This document shows positions 63,223 through 64,000 of a DNA stretch of 64,000 nt, piece by piece. The stretch lies in NCBI GenBank assembly GCA_040357565.1, contig JBDODJ010000041.1; one strand, given 5' to 3'. Within the stretch, counting starts at the first letter, position 1. Every line of letters starts with the position of its first letter. Both the position numbers and the translations under genes were made by a program. The DNA is from Cercozoa sp. M6MM. Lineage: Eukaryota; Protista; Endomyxa: Ascetosporea. A model generated the notes under the pieces. It was given only the letters and a program-made list of their open reading frames with translations, did no database searches and had not been told where the DNA came from.

Positions 63223-64000
63223 CATTCGCTCTCAACCACTGTCGCTGATTGGTTCAAACAGTATGCTTGCTGTTACAGGTCCGTGGAACAAGTCGACAAG
63301 GTGCCTTTTGAGGACTCAACGTTCGACCTGTGGCGAGAGGACGCACGTGCTGTTGTGGAGTACGTTGCCACCCTTAAGGCTCCGGTAGCAAATCATCCTT
63401 TTTCCTAAAGCTGATACATGCACTATAAGTTGGCACGCTGTAGGAGTCACAACATCTACACAGAAACCGGTTGCTGGCAGTTTTGCCGACACAGTGGTCA
63501 GTTGTGCATTCCCAGTCTGCAGTATCTCCACACTTGATAAAGATCATTGTTGACTTGTGTCTCGCATCTTAGGTGTGTCGTGAAGAACCAACCGCGTCTG
63601 CTGCGTTTGTTGCTGCCTTTGTTTGGCCATACTGGTAGTGGTTGCCTTTTGTTCTGCTCGAATTGTCCAATGTGCTGTCTGCGAAGCCTCGCCGGATGGC
63701 GTGACGCCTCTGTCAGCCACGCTGAATTGCGATTCACCCCGACTGTCGGACTGTGCCCGTTTGATGACACTGCTGTTGCGGTAGTACACTCTGAACTGTG
63801 GTTATAGGACTGGTAGGGTGTAAAAGAACCTCGTACATGTTGGTGCAGTCAAGGTGCCACACTGCTCGACAATGCCGTATCGCTGTCGTCGGTGTCGGAG
63901 CCGCAACGACCTGGGTACACGCACATAAACAAAACAGATAGGGTGCTTTCATCGTGCGCGTGTGTGCGTGTGTGCGTGTGTGCGTGTGTGCGTGTGTGTG

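Noticed and set aside
1-64000. Alternative genetic code or stop-codon reassignment
   Set aside because: TAA (RPL10), TAG (PFDN2, TBC) and TGA (PPIL1, HUS1) each end conserved proteins at the expected place, and internal stops checked fall inside predicted introns.

Overview
Eukaryotic nuclear DNA, not prokaryotic. It is a gene-dense, very intron-rich genome, most plausibly from a unicellular protist (inference only; the taxon cannot be fixed from this window). Hand-splicing across short (about 40-180 nt) GT-AG introns gives about 23 protein-coding genes, most of which the six-frame ORF track fragments. Confidently recognised: prefoldin 2, HUS1, a TBC Rab-GAP, a DUF229/alkaline-phosphatase-superfamily protein, an ADP-ribosylglycohydrolase-fold protein, an RRM + 2 zinc-knuckle SR protein, RPL10, an ADAM-type metalloprotease, a START protein and cyclophilin PPIL1. 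Less certain: FKBP15-like, BTB, Reeler, PPR-like, Sfi1-like, MFS-like and ankyrin proteins. TAA, TAG and TGA all terminate recognisable genes, so the genetic code looks standard. No tRNA, rRNA, CRISPR array or transposase was found. The most unusual signal is in the introns. A TTTACCCCC/GGGGGTAAA(CA) motif recurs in many introns and expands into tandem arrays, and four introns of one gene start with the identical 14-mer GTAGTTTTACCCCC. A second GTCCAT/ATGGAC repeat family occupies other introns of the same gene in both orientations. Protein-level highlights are an ADAM/TSP1/EGF mosaic protease, a probable ARH pseudo-enzyme and a plant-RS2Z-like SR protein. All gene boundaries are manual predictions and family calls come from recalled motifs, not database searches.
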